Source: an uncultured delta proteobacterium
GTDB taxonomy: Bacteria; Myxococcota_A; Polyangia; Haliangiales; Haliangiaceae
DNA: 64,000 nucleotides
NCBI GenBank assembly: GCA_963848295.1
Contig: CAWKDB010000010.1
Coordinates: forward strand, 128,001 to 192,000
Direction of reading: 5' to 3'
Part shown: piece after piece, positions 28,634-38,040 of the stretch
How positions within the stretch are numbered: position 1 is the stretch's first letter
Layout: each line of letters opens with the position of its first letter
Position numbers and translations under genes: made by a program
Notes under the pieces: generated by a model
The model's input: the letters and a program-made list of their open reading frames with translations, nothing else
The model's database searches: none
What the model was told of the DNA's origin: nothing

Positions 28634-29865
28634 AGACCGTCGCCGTCGTTTCGTATTGCCGGACCGGGATCGCGAAGGCGCAGCGCGGTGCGCTCAACCA
28701 GACCCACGGCATCCCGCTCGCCGCGCACGTGATGCGACACGCGGTCGCGCGCGCCGGTGTCGATCCCGCGGAGATCGAGGACGTCGTGCTCGGGTGCGGC
28801 TTGCCCGAAGGCGCGACCGGCCACAACGTCGCGCGCAACGCCGCGCTCGAAGCTGGATTCGGCGACGGCTGCCCGGGGATCACGATCAATCGCTACTGCG
28901 GCTCGGGCCTGTCGGCGGCGTCGATCGTCGCGAATCGGATCGCGGCGGGCGAGATGACCTGCGGGATCGCGGGCGGGGTCGAGAGCATCTCGCTCGTCCA
29001 GTTCCACCTCAACCTCAACAACTTCTTCTACGCGCCGCTGCAACAGCGAATGCCCGCGGTGTGGTGGACGATGAACCAGACCGCGGACTTCGTCGCGAAG
29101 AAGTACAACATCACGCGCGAAGCGCAGGACGAGTACGTCGTCCGCAGCCAGCAGCGCGTCGCGAAAGCCGCGGCCGCCGGCGTCTACGCCGAGGAGATCG
29201 TGCCGTTCAAGACCGTGATGAAGGTGACCCACAAGTCGGGCGAACGCCCGACGCGTAGCGCCGCCGAAGGCGGTGCGGAGATATTAGACAAGGCGACGAA
29301 GGAATCGCACGATCAAGAGGTCACGCTCGAGCGCGACGAAGGCCCGCGGCCGGACACGACGCTCGCCGCGCTCGCCGCGCTGAAGCCGGTGTTCGCCGGC
29401 GGCACGACGACGGCCGGCAACGCCTCGCAGCTGTCCGACGGCGCGGCGGCGGTGATCCTGATGGACGCCGACCTCGCGGCCAAGCGCGGCTTGCCGATCG
29501 TCGGGCTGTTTCGCGGCATGCAGCTCGCGGCGGTGCCGCCCGAGGAGATGTCGATCGCGATCGCGCCGGCGATCAAGAAGCTGATGAAGCACCACGGCCT
29601 CGCGATGGCGGACATCGATCTGTGGGAGCTGCACGAGGCCTACGCGACGACGACGCTCTACAACCAGGCGCAGCTCGAGACCCCGTGGGACCTCACGAAC
29701 GTCAACGGCGGCGCCGTCGCGCTCGGTCATCCGTACGGCATGTCCGGGATTCGCTACCTCGGCACCTCGCTGTTCGAGCTCCGCCGGCGCGCCAAGCACA
29801 AGGCGATCGTCGGCGTCTGCACCGCCGGTGGCATGGCCACCGCGGCGTATCTCGAACGCCCCTAA
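28630..29865 (+). CDS. Thiolase (acetyl-CoA C-acyltransferase) carrying a 19-aa insertion
   Basis: INRYCGSG, TAGNASQLSDGA, HEAY, GHPYG, CTAGG; ATGA overlap with kinase. Confidence 0.95.
   Translation: MKTVAVVSYCRTGIAKAQRGALNQTHGIPLAAHVMRHAVARAGVDPAEIEDVVLGCGLPEGATGHNVARNAALEAGFGDGCPGITINRYCGSGLSAASIVANRIAAGEMTCGIAGGVESISLVQFHLNLNNFFYAPLQQRMPAVWWTMNQTADFVAKKYNITREAQDEYVVRSQQRVAKAAAAGVYAEEIVPFKTVMKVTHKSGERPTRSAAEGGAEILDKATKESHDQEVTLERDEGPRPDTTLAALAALKPVFAGGTTTAGNASQLSDGAAAVILMDADLAAKRGLPIVGLFRGMQLAAVPPEEMSIAIAPAIKKLMKHHGLAMADIDLWELHEAYATTTLYNQAQLETPWDLTNVNGGAVALGHPYGMSGIRYLGTSLFELRRRAKHKAIVGVCTAGGMATAAYLERP
29231..29292. repeat. 57-bp in-frame double-hairpin insert in thiolase, bounded by ACAAG direct repeats
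   Basis: GTCGGGCG-AA-CGCCCGAC and GCGCCGCC-GAA-GGCGGTGC; ACAAG at 29231-35 and 29288-92; rare ATA TTA codons. Confidence 0.65.
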
Positions 29866-29867
29866 CG

Positions 29868-29952
29868 GGGGACGGTGTTCACGATGACAACCGCGTCATA
29901 ACGATTCCGCTGCGTTGCGTCGGTTCTGGTTGTCAAAGTGAACACCGTCCCC
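29868..29952. repeat. REP/REPIN-like copy 2: 25-bp inverted arms around a 35-bp spacer
   Basis: GGGGACGGTGTTCACGATGACAACC ... GGTTGTCAAAGTGAACACCGTCCCC; right arm identical to copy 1, left arm has 2 mismatches. Confidence 0.9.
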
Positions 29953-30025
29953 AGTGAGGCATGACGCCTCGAAATATTTCTGGAGCTGTCGATTCATCGG
30001 TAGCGGCCGAATGACTAGGCACGCC

Positions 30026-30508
30026 ATGACGATCACGTCTGTCTCCAGCACGACCTCGACCCCTTCGATCGCGCAGCTCGGCCCGCCGCCACAACCGGCA
30101 CCGGAAGACGCCGCGATCGCGACCGGCCAAGACACCACGCAGCTGTCCGGGCCCGCGCAGTTCTTCAACAAGCTGCAAGGCCTCGAGCAGAGCGATCCGA
30201 GCAAAGCCAAGCAGGTGCTGAGCGACATCGCGAACAAGCTGTCCGATCAGGCGACCAAGGTCGGCGGCGACCGCGGCAAGCAGCTATCGGCGCTCGCCGA
30301 CAAGTTCACGCAAGCGGCGCAGACCGGCGATCTCGGCGGCCTGCAATCGCCGGCCGCGGCGCAAGGCGCGCAAGGCGGTGGCCATCACGGCGGCCATCAC
30401 GGGCACCATCACGCGACCCAGAGCTACAGCCAAGCGCAGAGCGCCGACGGCTCGGACTCGACCGACCCGGCGCAGATGATGATGGACACACTCGGCGCCG
30501 CGACCTAA
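30026..30508 (+). CDS. Hypothetical protein, Ser/Thr-rich N-terminus and Gly/His-rich tract
   Basis: MTITSVSSTT start; GHHGGHHGHHH; typical codon usage. Confidence 0.7.
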   Translation: MTITSVSSTTSTPSIAQLGPPPQPAPEDAAIATGQDTTQLSGPAQFFNKLQGLEQSDPSKAKQVLSDIANKLSDQATKVGGDRGKQLSALADKFTQAAQTGDLGGLQSPAAAQGAQGGGHHGGHHGHHHATQSYSQAQSADGSDSTDPAQMMMDTLGAAT

Positions 30509-30518
30509 CCTTCCCGGC

Positions 30519-30824
30519 GTGGGCCGGCTCGACGACATCGTGACGCGAAACCGCGGCGAGAAAGGCCCGCGCGAACGCACGATCGTGTCGATCGCACTCG
30601 GCTTCGGCCTGCTGCTGATCATCGCGCTCGTCCTGTTCACGAACCTCGGCTTGCCCGACAGCATGCGGCACCCGACCGCCGGTTCCGGGTCCGCCGCGCC
30701 GGCGAACCACCGCGCCGACGGCGTGACGCTCGCGGCGCCGCCGAGCCACGCGCCGGTCGTGCCATCGCATCCCGTTCCCGCGATCGATGCCGGGACTAGC
30801 GATCGAGCATCGCGAGCGCCTTGA
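30519..30824 (+). CDS. Small single-TM hypothetical protein
   Basis: One clear TM helix; TAACCT 7 nt before GTG. Confidence 0.6.
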   Translation: MGRLDDIVTRNRGEKGPRERTIVSIALGFGLLLIIALVLFTNLGLPDSMRHPTAGSGSAAPANHRADGVTLAAPPSHAPVVPSHPVPAIDAGTSDRASRAP

Positions 30825-33465
30825 ACACCGCCTCGCGCGTGCGCGCGAACCCGCCGGTGCGCGCGCCTTCGAGACGCTTGCGCCCGGTCGAGCCGGCGCG
30901 CTTGGCGCCGAGCATGCCGATGCCGATCGCCGCGTTGACCTGCACGTTCTCCGCCGGGCTGTCGAACGCGTCGGTCAGGATCTCGAGCGGCTCGGGCAGC
31001 GCGTTGATCAGCTCGAGGATCCGCCGGCCGTGCGCTTCGTCGTCGGTCTCCAGGCCCTTGACGAGCGCGACCTGGACCTTGGACTTGCGCGGCCCGAGCA
31101 CCTTGGCGACCGCCGCGGCGACCTCGGCGTCACCGCGCAACGCGCCGACGAGATAGTCGCCGACCTCGCGCACCGCATCGTCGCCGAGCTTGTCGAGCGC
31201 ACCGGCCGCGCAGATCCGCACGCGCGAATCGTCGTCGCGCATCAACACGCCGAGCGCGAGCGCCGAGCCGCGCGCCGCCGGGCCGAGCGCGCCGAGCGCG
31301 ACCGCCGCGTTGCCCCGGACGAGCGCGCGGCCGTCTTGCAGATACGGCGCGAGCGCCTCGACCGACAGCTTCGCCGGATCCGCGAACGCCTCGGGGCCGA
31401 GCGGCTTGGTCTCGAACCCGTCGATCGCGATCGCAGCCGGCCCACTGCGGCGCGGACCGTCGAGCAGCTCGAGCGCTTCACGCACGGCTTGCCGCGTGCG
31501 CGCGTCGCCACCGGTGCGCGCCCCTTCGAGCGCACGGCGACCGCGGCCGACGCGATCGGGACCGAGCAGCGCGAGCCCGAGCGCCGCGTTGACCTGGACG
31601 TTGACCGCCGGGCTGTCGAACGCGTCGCACAAGATGTCGAGCGCATCGGGCAACGCGCCGATCACGAGCGCGATCCGCCGGCCGCCCGCGGGCTTGTCCG
31701 TCTCCATCCCACGGACGAGGGCGCCGACCATCCGGCCTTTGCGCGCGCGCACGACGCCCGCGGCCGCATCGGCGACGCCCGCGTCGCTATCGCCGAGCGC
31801 GCCGACGAGATCATCGGCGGTCTCGACCACCGCGGCATCGCCGAGCTTGTCGAGCGCTTGCGCCGCGGACAGCCGCACTCGCGCCGCGTCATCGCGCAAA
31901 CGCACGCCGAGCGCACGCGCCGCCGACACCGCTGCCGGGCCGAGCGCGCCGAGCGCGATCGCCGCGTTGCCGCGGACGTGATCGCGGCCATCTTGCAGGA
32001 ACGTCACGAGCGCGGCGGCGCCGACCTTCTCGAGCGCGGCCTTGTGCTTGTCGAGCTCCGCCGCGGTCATCGCACCATCCTCGAACCCGGCGATCGCGAC
32101 GACCGGCGCGGCCTCGGCTTTCGGCGCGAGCCGCTCGAGCGCGTTGCGGACCGCCTCGCGCGTGCGCGCATCGCCGCCGGTGCGCGCGCCGTGCAGCACG
32201 GCGAGCCCGGCACCGACCTTGCCACCGAGCAGCCCGAGGCCGACCGCGGCGTTGACTTGGACGTTGACCGCCGGGCTGCCGAACGCTTCGACCAGGATCG
32301 CCGAGGCGCGCGGCAGCTTCGCGATCAGCTCGGCGACCCGACGGCCGTGCGCCGGCTCGCCCGCTTCGAGCCCTTTGACGAGCGCCGGTTGCGCCGCGTC
32401 GCCGAAGCCCGCGAGCACGTCTTGCGCCGCCTCGGCGACGTCATCCTCGGCGTCGCCGAGCGCACCGACTAGATCGGCGGCCGCCGCGAGCCCGTCGGGC
32501 CCGAGCTTGCCAATCGCGACCGCAGCTTCACGCCGGACCGCGGGCGCGCTGTCGCGCATGAGCAAGCCGATCGCCGGTGCCGCGCGCCCGGCCTTCGCGC
32601 CCTTGACCGCGAGGCCGCGCGCCGCGTTGATCCGCACGTGGTTGCGACCGTCGCTCAGCGCGTAGATCATCTCGTCGACATCGATCGCCGCCTCTTGCTC
32701 GGCGAGCTCGCTCGTCGATAGCTTGCGCGCTTCGAAGTCCGGCAGCTTCGGCAGATGATCGACCGCGACTTGCTTGTCGCGCGCGATCACCGCGAGCGAC
32801 GCCTGCTTCGCCGCGCCGCGCACGTCGGGCACTGGATCGTTCGCTTCGATCTCGCCGAGCACCGCGAGCGCCGCCGCCGCGTCGGCCTTGCCGAACCGCT
32901 CGAGCCCGCCGATGCCGTTGACGCGGATCCGCGTGCGCTCGCTGCGCGCCGCCTTGATCAGCACGCCGACGCCGCGCGCGCCAAGCCGACCGCACGCCGC
33001 GATGATCGTCTTGTGCGCGACGTCGAACGGCTGATCGAGCGCCGCGATCAGCTCGTCATCGCAACTGCCGACGAGGTCGGCGAGCGCGGCGACGATCGCA
33101 TCGGTGACCTCGGGCTGCGCACCCGCGGCCGCTTGCGCGAGCGGAGCCAGCACCGCGCGCACGCGCGCGCCGAGGCGCTTGATCGCGTCGGCGGCGGCGA
33201 GCGCGACCGATGGCTCGCTGTCGCGCACGAGCGCGACGAGCTCGGGCTCGGCCTTGCCGCACGCGGCGAGCGCGAGCGCAGCGTTCGCCCGCACGAGCGC
33301 GCGGCCATCGCGCAATTCTCCGACGAGCTGGCGCGCCCACGCGTCCGCATCGCGACCGGCCGCGAGCTGCTCGAGCTCGGTGAAGGTCAGCCGGCGCTCG
33401 TCGAGCACCGCCGGTTTCGAGTCGCCGGGGGATTTCGTTTTCGGTTTTGATGGTTCGTCGGGCAC
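30796..33465 (-). CDS. HEAT repeat protein built of four super-repeats
   Basis: Recurrent LxDGRxxVRxNAAxxL (x4) and AFxSPAxNVQVNAA / GARTGG (x3). Confidence 0.9.
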   Translation of the reverse strand: MPDEPSKPKTKSPGDSKPAVLDERRLTFTELEQLAAGRDADAWARQLVGELRDGRALVRANAALALAACGKAEPELVALVRDSEPSVALAAADAIKRLGARVRAVLAPLAQAAAGAQPEVTDAIVAALADLVGSCDDELIAALDQPFDVAHKTIIAACGRLGARGVGVLIKAARSERTRIRVNGIGGLERFGKADAAAALAVLGEIEANDPVPDVRGAAKQASLAVIARDKQVAVDHLPKLPDFEARKLSTSELAEQEAAIDVDEMIYALSDGRNHVRINAARGLAVKGAKAGRAAPAIGLLMRDSAPAVRREAAVAIGKLGPDGLAAAADLVGALGDAEDDVAEAAQDVLAGFGDAAQPALVKGLEAGEPAHGRRVAELIAKLPRASAILVEAFGSPAVNVQVNAAVGLGLLGGKVGAGLAVLHGARTGGDARTREAVRNALERLAPKAEAAPVVAIAGFEDGAMTAAELDKHKAALEKVGAAALVTFLQDGRDHVRGNAAIALGALGPAAVSAARALGVRLRDDAARVRLSAAQALDKLGDAAVVETADDLVGALGDSDAGVADAAAGVVRARKGRMVGALVRGMETDKPAGGRRIALVIGALPDALDILCDAFDSPAVNVQVNAALGLALLGPDRVGRGRRALEGARTGGDARTRQAVREALELLDGPRRSGPAAIAIDGFETKPLGPEAFADPAKLSVEALAPYLQDGRALVRGNAAVALGALGPAARGSALALGVLMRDDDSRVRICAAGALDKLGDDAVREVGDYLVGALRGDAEVAAAVAKVLGPRKSKVQVALVKGLETDDEAHGRRILELINALPEPLEILTDAFDSPAENVQVNAAIGIGMLGAKRAGSTGRKRLEGARTGGFARTREAVFKALAMLDR

Positions 33466-33554
33466 GTCGCCGCGTATCACAACACATCCGCTGCTCTCGC
33501 TGGCGGCTTGGTGATCACGAAGCAACTGCTGTGTCGATCGGTTGTCTCGGCCGT

Positions 33555-35006
33555 ATGTGTCACCACCATCGTCGTTCCGTCATCTCGATCTGGTTTCTCG
33601 TCGCTGCGGCAGGCTGTCCCGATCGAACGATCGCGAAGCTCGACCCGCAGCAGCAAGGCGAGGTGACCAAGCGAATCCCCGTCTCGGCCAACATCGATCT
33701 GCTGTTCGTGATCGACAACTCGGCGTCGACCCAGGACAAGCAGACGGTGTTCGCGCAGAACTTCACGAGCTTCGTCTCGAAGCTGCAGGGCTTCCCCGGC
33801 GGACTGCCGAACCTCCACATGGGCGTCGTGTCGTCGACGGTGAAGATCGGCAGCCAGGACGTCACCGACTTTACGAACCCGTGCGTCAACGCGCCGGGCG
33901 ACGACGGCCTGTTGCACGTCACGCCGAACGGCAGCTGCACCGCGCCGAGCGACGCCGCGAACGATCGCTTCATCGTCGATGTCGCCGCGAGCGGCGGCAC
34001 GCGCACGACGAACTACGATCCGGCGCAAGGTCTCGCCGCGACGTTCGCGTGCATCGCGCAGATCGGCAGCGAGGGCTGCGGCTTCGAGGCGCCGCTCGAG
34101 GGCATGAAGCGCGCGCTCGACGGCACGAACCCGGGCAACGCCGGGTTCATTCGCGACGACGCGTTCCTCGCGGTGATCATCCTCACCGACGAAGACGACG
34201 CCTCGGTCGCCGATCCGTCGGTGTTCGCGTTGCCGACCTCGCAGGTCGGGACCGAAGACTTCCGGCTCCAGCCGCTCTACGCCTATCAGTGCGACCAACC
34301 GATCACGGCGGCGCCGCCGGGCGCTAACTACACCGACTGCGTGCCGGTCGTCGGCTCGTACTTGCAGGACACCGCGTACTACACGTCGTTCCTCGCGAGC
34401 ATCAAGGATCCGTCGCAGCTCGTCGTCGCGCTGATCGCCGGCGGCCAACAAGATGGATCGCCGCCGTCGTCCTCGATCGCGACCGGCCCGCTGATGATCG
34501 GCACCGCCTCGCAGCCGATGGCGCTGCAGCCGTCGTGCAATGCGATGATCAACGGCGAGAACGCGATCGCGCGACCGGCGATCCGGCTGTTCGACTTCGT
34601 GTCGCAGTTCTCCGATCACGGGCTGTATCAAACGATCTGCACCGGCGACTACACGCCCGCGCTCACCGCGATCGGCGATCTGTTGGCGACCGCGATCAGC
34701 CCGTGCCTCGAGGGCGCGATCGACACCACCGACGGCGATCCGAACAATCCCGGCACGCAGCTGCAATGCACGGTGTCCGAGGTCGCCGGCGATGGCAGCG
34801 AGACCGTGCTCGCTCCATGCGCGATGCAAGATGCGATGACGCCGGCGGCCGGAACCGCGACGCCGTGCTGGTACGTCGTCGAGGACGACGCGCAGTGCTC
34901 GTCGACGCAGTCGCACCTGACGCTGAAGACCGATCCGGAACAGATGACGCTGCCGCCCGATAGCTCGACGGTCGTCAGCTGCGCCACCCTGCCCCAAGGT
35001 TCGTGA
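33555..35006 (+). CDS. Cys-rich vWA-type lipoprotein, paralog 1
   Basis: Lipobox AAGC; DLLFVIDNSAS (MIDAS DxSxS), GCGFEAPLE, ILTDEDD. Confidence 0.85.
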   Translation: MCHHHRRSVISIWFLVAAAGCPDRTIAKLDPQQQGEVTKRIPVSANIDLLFVIDNSASTQDKQTVFAQNFTSFVSKLQGFPGGLPNLHMGVVSSTVKIGSQDVTDFTNPCVNAPGDDGLLHVTPNGSCTAPSDAANDRFIVDVAASGGTRTTNYDPAQGLAATFACIAQIGSEGCGFEAPLEGMKRALDGTNPGNAGFIRDDAFLAVIILTDEDDASVADPSVFALPTSQVGTEDFRLQPLYAYQCDQPITAAPPGANYTDCVPVVGSYLQDTAYYTSFLASIKDPSQLVVALIAGGQQDGSPPSSSIATGPLMIGTASQPMALQPSCNAMINGENAIARPAIRLFDFVSQFSDHGLYQTICTGDYTPALTAIGDLLATAISPCLEGAIDTTDGDPNNPGTQLQCTVSEVAGDGSETVLAPCAMQDAMTPAAGTATPCWYVVEDDAQCSSTQSHLTLKTDPEQMTLPPDSSTVVSCATLPQGS

Positions 35007-35121
35007 TCCCGCGGGGATCCGCACAGTTGCGCAGCCAACCCGGCCGAGAAATCGCCAACGAAGTTGGCGGCTTGACGCGGTACGATGGAAACCAAGCATT
35101 TGAAACTGCTGCGCCTTCAAA

Positions 35122-35138
35122 TTGGCGGGCTACTTGCT
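35122..35138 (+). promoter_or_regulatory. Sigma-54 promoter of vWA paralog 2
   Basis: TTGGCGGGCTACTTGCT (GG-N10-GC); upstream dyads CGCCAAC-GAA-GTTGGCG and ATTTGAA-N11-TTCAAAT. Confidence 0.65.
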
Positions 35139-35167
35139 CTATGCTGCGCCAGTCCTTGGGAGGTTCT

Positions 35168-36631
35168 ATGCGTAACGTCTTGGCCACACTGACCACCTCG
35201 GTCGCGCTGCTCGCCACGCTGGCGGGTTGTCCGGACCGCACCATCTCCAAGCTCGACCCGCAGCAGCAGGGCGAGGTGACCAAGCACATCCCGGTGTCGA
35301 CCGACATCGACATCTTGTTCGTGATCGACAACTCGGCGTCGACCCAGGACAAGCAGACCGCGTTCCTCGCGAACTTCGCGAACTTCGTGACCGCGCTCGA
35401 TGCGTTCCCGACCGGCCGCCCGAACATCCACATGGGCGTCGTCTCGTCGTCGGTCAAGATCGGTAGCCAGGACACCGCGTCGTACGGGTCCGCCTGTGTC
35501 ACCGCCTCGGGCGACAACGGCCTGCTTCACAACACCGCGGGCGGCGTGCCCGCCGGTTGTACCGCGCCGAACGGCCGGTTCATCTCGGACATCGCGCAGC
35601 CCGACGGCACGCGCCAGACCAACTACACCGGCACGTTGCAAGACACGTTCGGCTGCATCGCCAACATCGGGACCGGCGGCTGCGGCTTCGAAGCGCCGCT
35701 CGAGGGCATGAAGCGCGCGCTCGACGGCACGAACCCGGAGAACACCGGCTTCCTGCGCGACGGCGCGTTCCTCGCGATCATCATCCTCACCGATGAAGAC
35801 GACGCCTCGGTCAAGGACCCGTCGGTGTTCGATCTGCCGACGTCGCAGGTCGGCGCCGGCGACTTCCGGGTGCAGCCGCTCTATGCCTACGGTTGCGACA
35901 CCGCGATCACGGTCGGAACGGGCACGTACAACGACTGCAAGCCGCTCACCGGCGCGGCCGATCTCTACCTGCAAGACACCGACTTCTATACATCGTTCCT
36001 GTCGGGCGTGAAGGATCCGTCACAGCTCGTCGTCGCGTTGATCGCGGGTGGCCAGCAAGACGGCTCGCCGCCGAGCTCGACGATCATGACCGGCCCGCTG
36101 ACGATCGGCGCGAACGTCCAGAACCCCGCGCTCGAGCCGTCGTGCAACGCGACGATCAACGGCAACATGGCGATCGCGCGCCCGGCGATCCGGCTCTACG
36201 ACTTCCTTACCCAGTTCGGCGACCACGGCCTGTACCAGACGGTGTGCACCGGCGACTACTCGCCCGCGCTCACCGCGATCGGCCAGCTGCTGTTCAAGAC
36301 GGTCAGCCCGTGCCTCGAGGGCGACATCGACACGACCGACGGCGATCCGAACAACCCCGGCACCCAGCTGCAGTGCTCGGTGTCCGAAGTTCAGAACGAC
36401 GGCACACCGCAGGCGACCGAGCAGCTGCTGCCGGCGTGCACGATGCAGGACGCGATGACGCCGTCGCCGACGAGCGTGCAGCCGTGCTGGTACGTCGTGA
36501 CCGACGCGACGGGCTGCGCGACGACGCCGAGCCACCTGACGTTGAAGACGCTGCCGGCGATGATGGATCTGCCGGCCGGGACGTCGACCGACATCAGCTG
36601 CGCGACCACGCCGCAGGGCGGCTCGAACTAA
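35168..36631 (+). CDS. Cys-rich vWA-type lipoprotein, paralog 2
   Basis: GGAGG RBS; lipobox LAGC; DILFVIDNSAS, ILTDEDD. Confidence 0.87.
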   Translation: MRNVLATLTTSVALLATLAGCPDRTISKLDPQQQGEVTKHIPVSTDIDILFVIDNSASTQDKQTAFLANFANFVTALDAFPTGRPNIHMGVVSSSVKIGSQDTASYGSACVTASGDNGLLHNTAGGVPAGCTAPNGRFISDIAQPDGTRQTNYTGTLQDTFGCIANIGTGGCGFEAPLEGMKRALDGTNPENTGFLRDGAFLAIIILTDEDDASVKDPSVFDLPTSQVGAGDFRVQPLYAYGCDTAITVGTGTYNDCKPLTGAADLYLQDTDFYTSFLSGVKDPSQLVVALIAGGQQDGSPPSSTIMTGPLTIGANVQNPALEPSCNATINGNMAIARPAIRLYDFLTQFGDHGLYQTVCTGDYSPALTAIGQLLFKTVSPCLEGDIDTTDGDPNNPGTQLQCSVSEVQNDGTPQATEQLLPACTMQDAMTPSPTSVQPCWYVVTDATGCATTPSHLTLKTLPAMMDLPAGTSTDISCATTPQGGSN

Positions 36632-36666
36632 CACAAGGCCGGCAGCGAGCCGGCGCGGGAGGCGGG

Positions 36667-38040
36667 ATGCGAACGAGCTCGGTGTTCGCTGGAGTCATCG
36701 CGGTTGCAGCCTGCGGATCTCCGACGGTCGGAGGGTTCTCCGGCGGCCAGGTCGAGCAGGCGTTTCCGCTCGCGCCCGACCTCGATCTGCTGTTCGTGAT
36801 CGACAACTCGGCGTCGACCCAGGACGAGCAGACCGCGCTCCTCGCGAGCTTCTCGAGCTTCGTGACCGCGCTCGATGCGTTCCCGAGCGGCCAACCGAAC
36901 CTCCACCTCGGCGTCGTGTCGTCGACCGTGAAGATCGGCGGCCAAGACGTCGCGTCGTACGGCGCCGCGTGCGTCGAGGCGGTCGGCGACAATGGCCTGC
37001 TCCACAACACCGCCGGGGGAGTGCCCGCAGGTTGCACCGCGCCGAACGGCCGGTTCATCTCCGACACCGCGCTGCCCGACGGCACGCGACAAACCAACTA
37101 CACCGGCAGGCTCGCCGACACGTTCTCGTGCATCGCCGATCTCGGCGACGGCGGCTGCGCGTTCGCGTCGCCGCTCGAAGGCATGAAGCGCGCGCTCGAT
37201 GGCTCGAACCCGGAGAACACGGGCTTCGTGCGCGACAACGCGGTGCTCGGCGTCGTGTTCCTGGCGCCCGACGACGACGGCTCGATCCTCGACCCGTCGT
37301 TCCTGGATCCGCCGCAACCCGGCGGCAGCTTCGTCGACGTACCGCTCGCCGCGTACACGTGCGATCAGCCGATCTCGTCGACCACGCCGGGCTCGTACAA
37401 CGATTGCGCGCCGACGACCGGCGGCTACCTCCAAGACACGGCGTTCTACGCGTCGTTCTTGACGTCGCTCAAGGATCCGTCGCTGCTCCGCGTCGCGGTG
37501 ATCGGCGGTGGCGCGCAGGATGGAGGGCCGCCGAGCTCGACGATCACGACCGAAGCGCCGGCGCAGACGCTCGCCCTGCAGCCGAGCTGCACCGCGACGA
37601 TCAACGGCAACATGACTGGCGCCGATCCGGCGATCCGGCTCTACGACTTCATGTCTCAGCTCGGCGGCCACGGCTCGTGGCAGACGATCTGCACCGGCGA
37701 CTACACGCCCGCGCTCACCGCGATCGCGAGCTCGCTGACCAGCGCGCTCAGCTCCTGCCTCGACGATCACATCGATCCCACCGACGCCGATCCGAACAAT
37801 CCGGGCGCGCAGCTACAGTGCGACGCAGAGCTCTCGACCGTCGATACGACCGGGCCGCTGCCCGCGTGCACGATGCAAGACGCATCGACGCCGGCGAGCG
37901 ATACCGCGACGCCCTGCTACTACTTCGTCGCCGATGCCGCCGCGTGTCCAACCGCGCCGTCGAACCTGCGCCTCGTGATCGACGGCTCGCTCGATCCGAA
38001 TGCGGGGCTGACGCTGACGTGCGCGATGTCCGAGTCGTAG
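36667..38040 (+). CDS. Cys-rich vWA-type lipoprotein, paralog 3
   Basis: GGAGG RBS; lipobox VAAC; DLLFVIDNSAS but FASPLE and LAPDDD variants. Confidence 0.85.
   Translation: MRTSSVFAGVIAVAACGSPTVGGFSGGQVEQAFPLAPDLDLLFVIDNSASTQDEQTALLASFSSFVTALDAFPSGQPNLHLGVVSSTVKIGGQDVASYGAACVEAVGDNGLLHNTAGGVPAGCTAPNGRFISDTALPDGTRQTNYTGRLADTFSCIADLGDGGCAFASPLEGMKRALDGSNPENTGFVRDNAVLGVVFLAPDDDGSILDPSFLDPPQPGGSFVDVPLAAYTCDQPISSTTPGSYNDCAPTTGGYLQDTAFYASFLTSLKDPSLLRVAVIGGGAQDGGPPSSTITTEAPAQTLALQPSCTATINGNMTGADPAIRLYDFMSQLGGHGSWQTICTGDYTPALTAIASSLTSALSSCLDDHIDPTDADPNNPGAQLQCDAELSTVDTTGPLPACTMQDASTPASDTATPCYYFVADAAACPTAPSNLRLVIDGSLDPNAGLTLTCAMSES

Noticed and set aside
29868..29952. CRISPR repeat-spacer-repeat (35-bp spacer)
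   Set aside because: Arms are inverted, not direct
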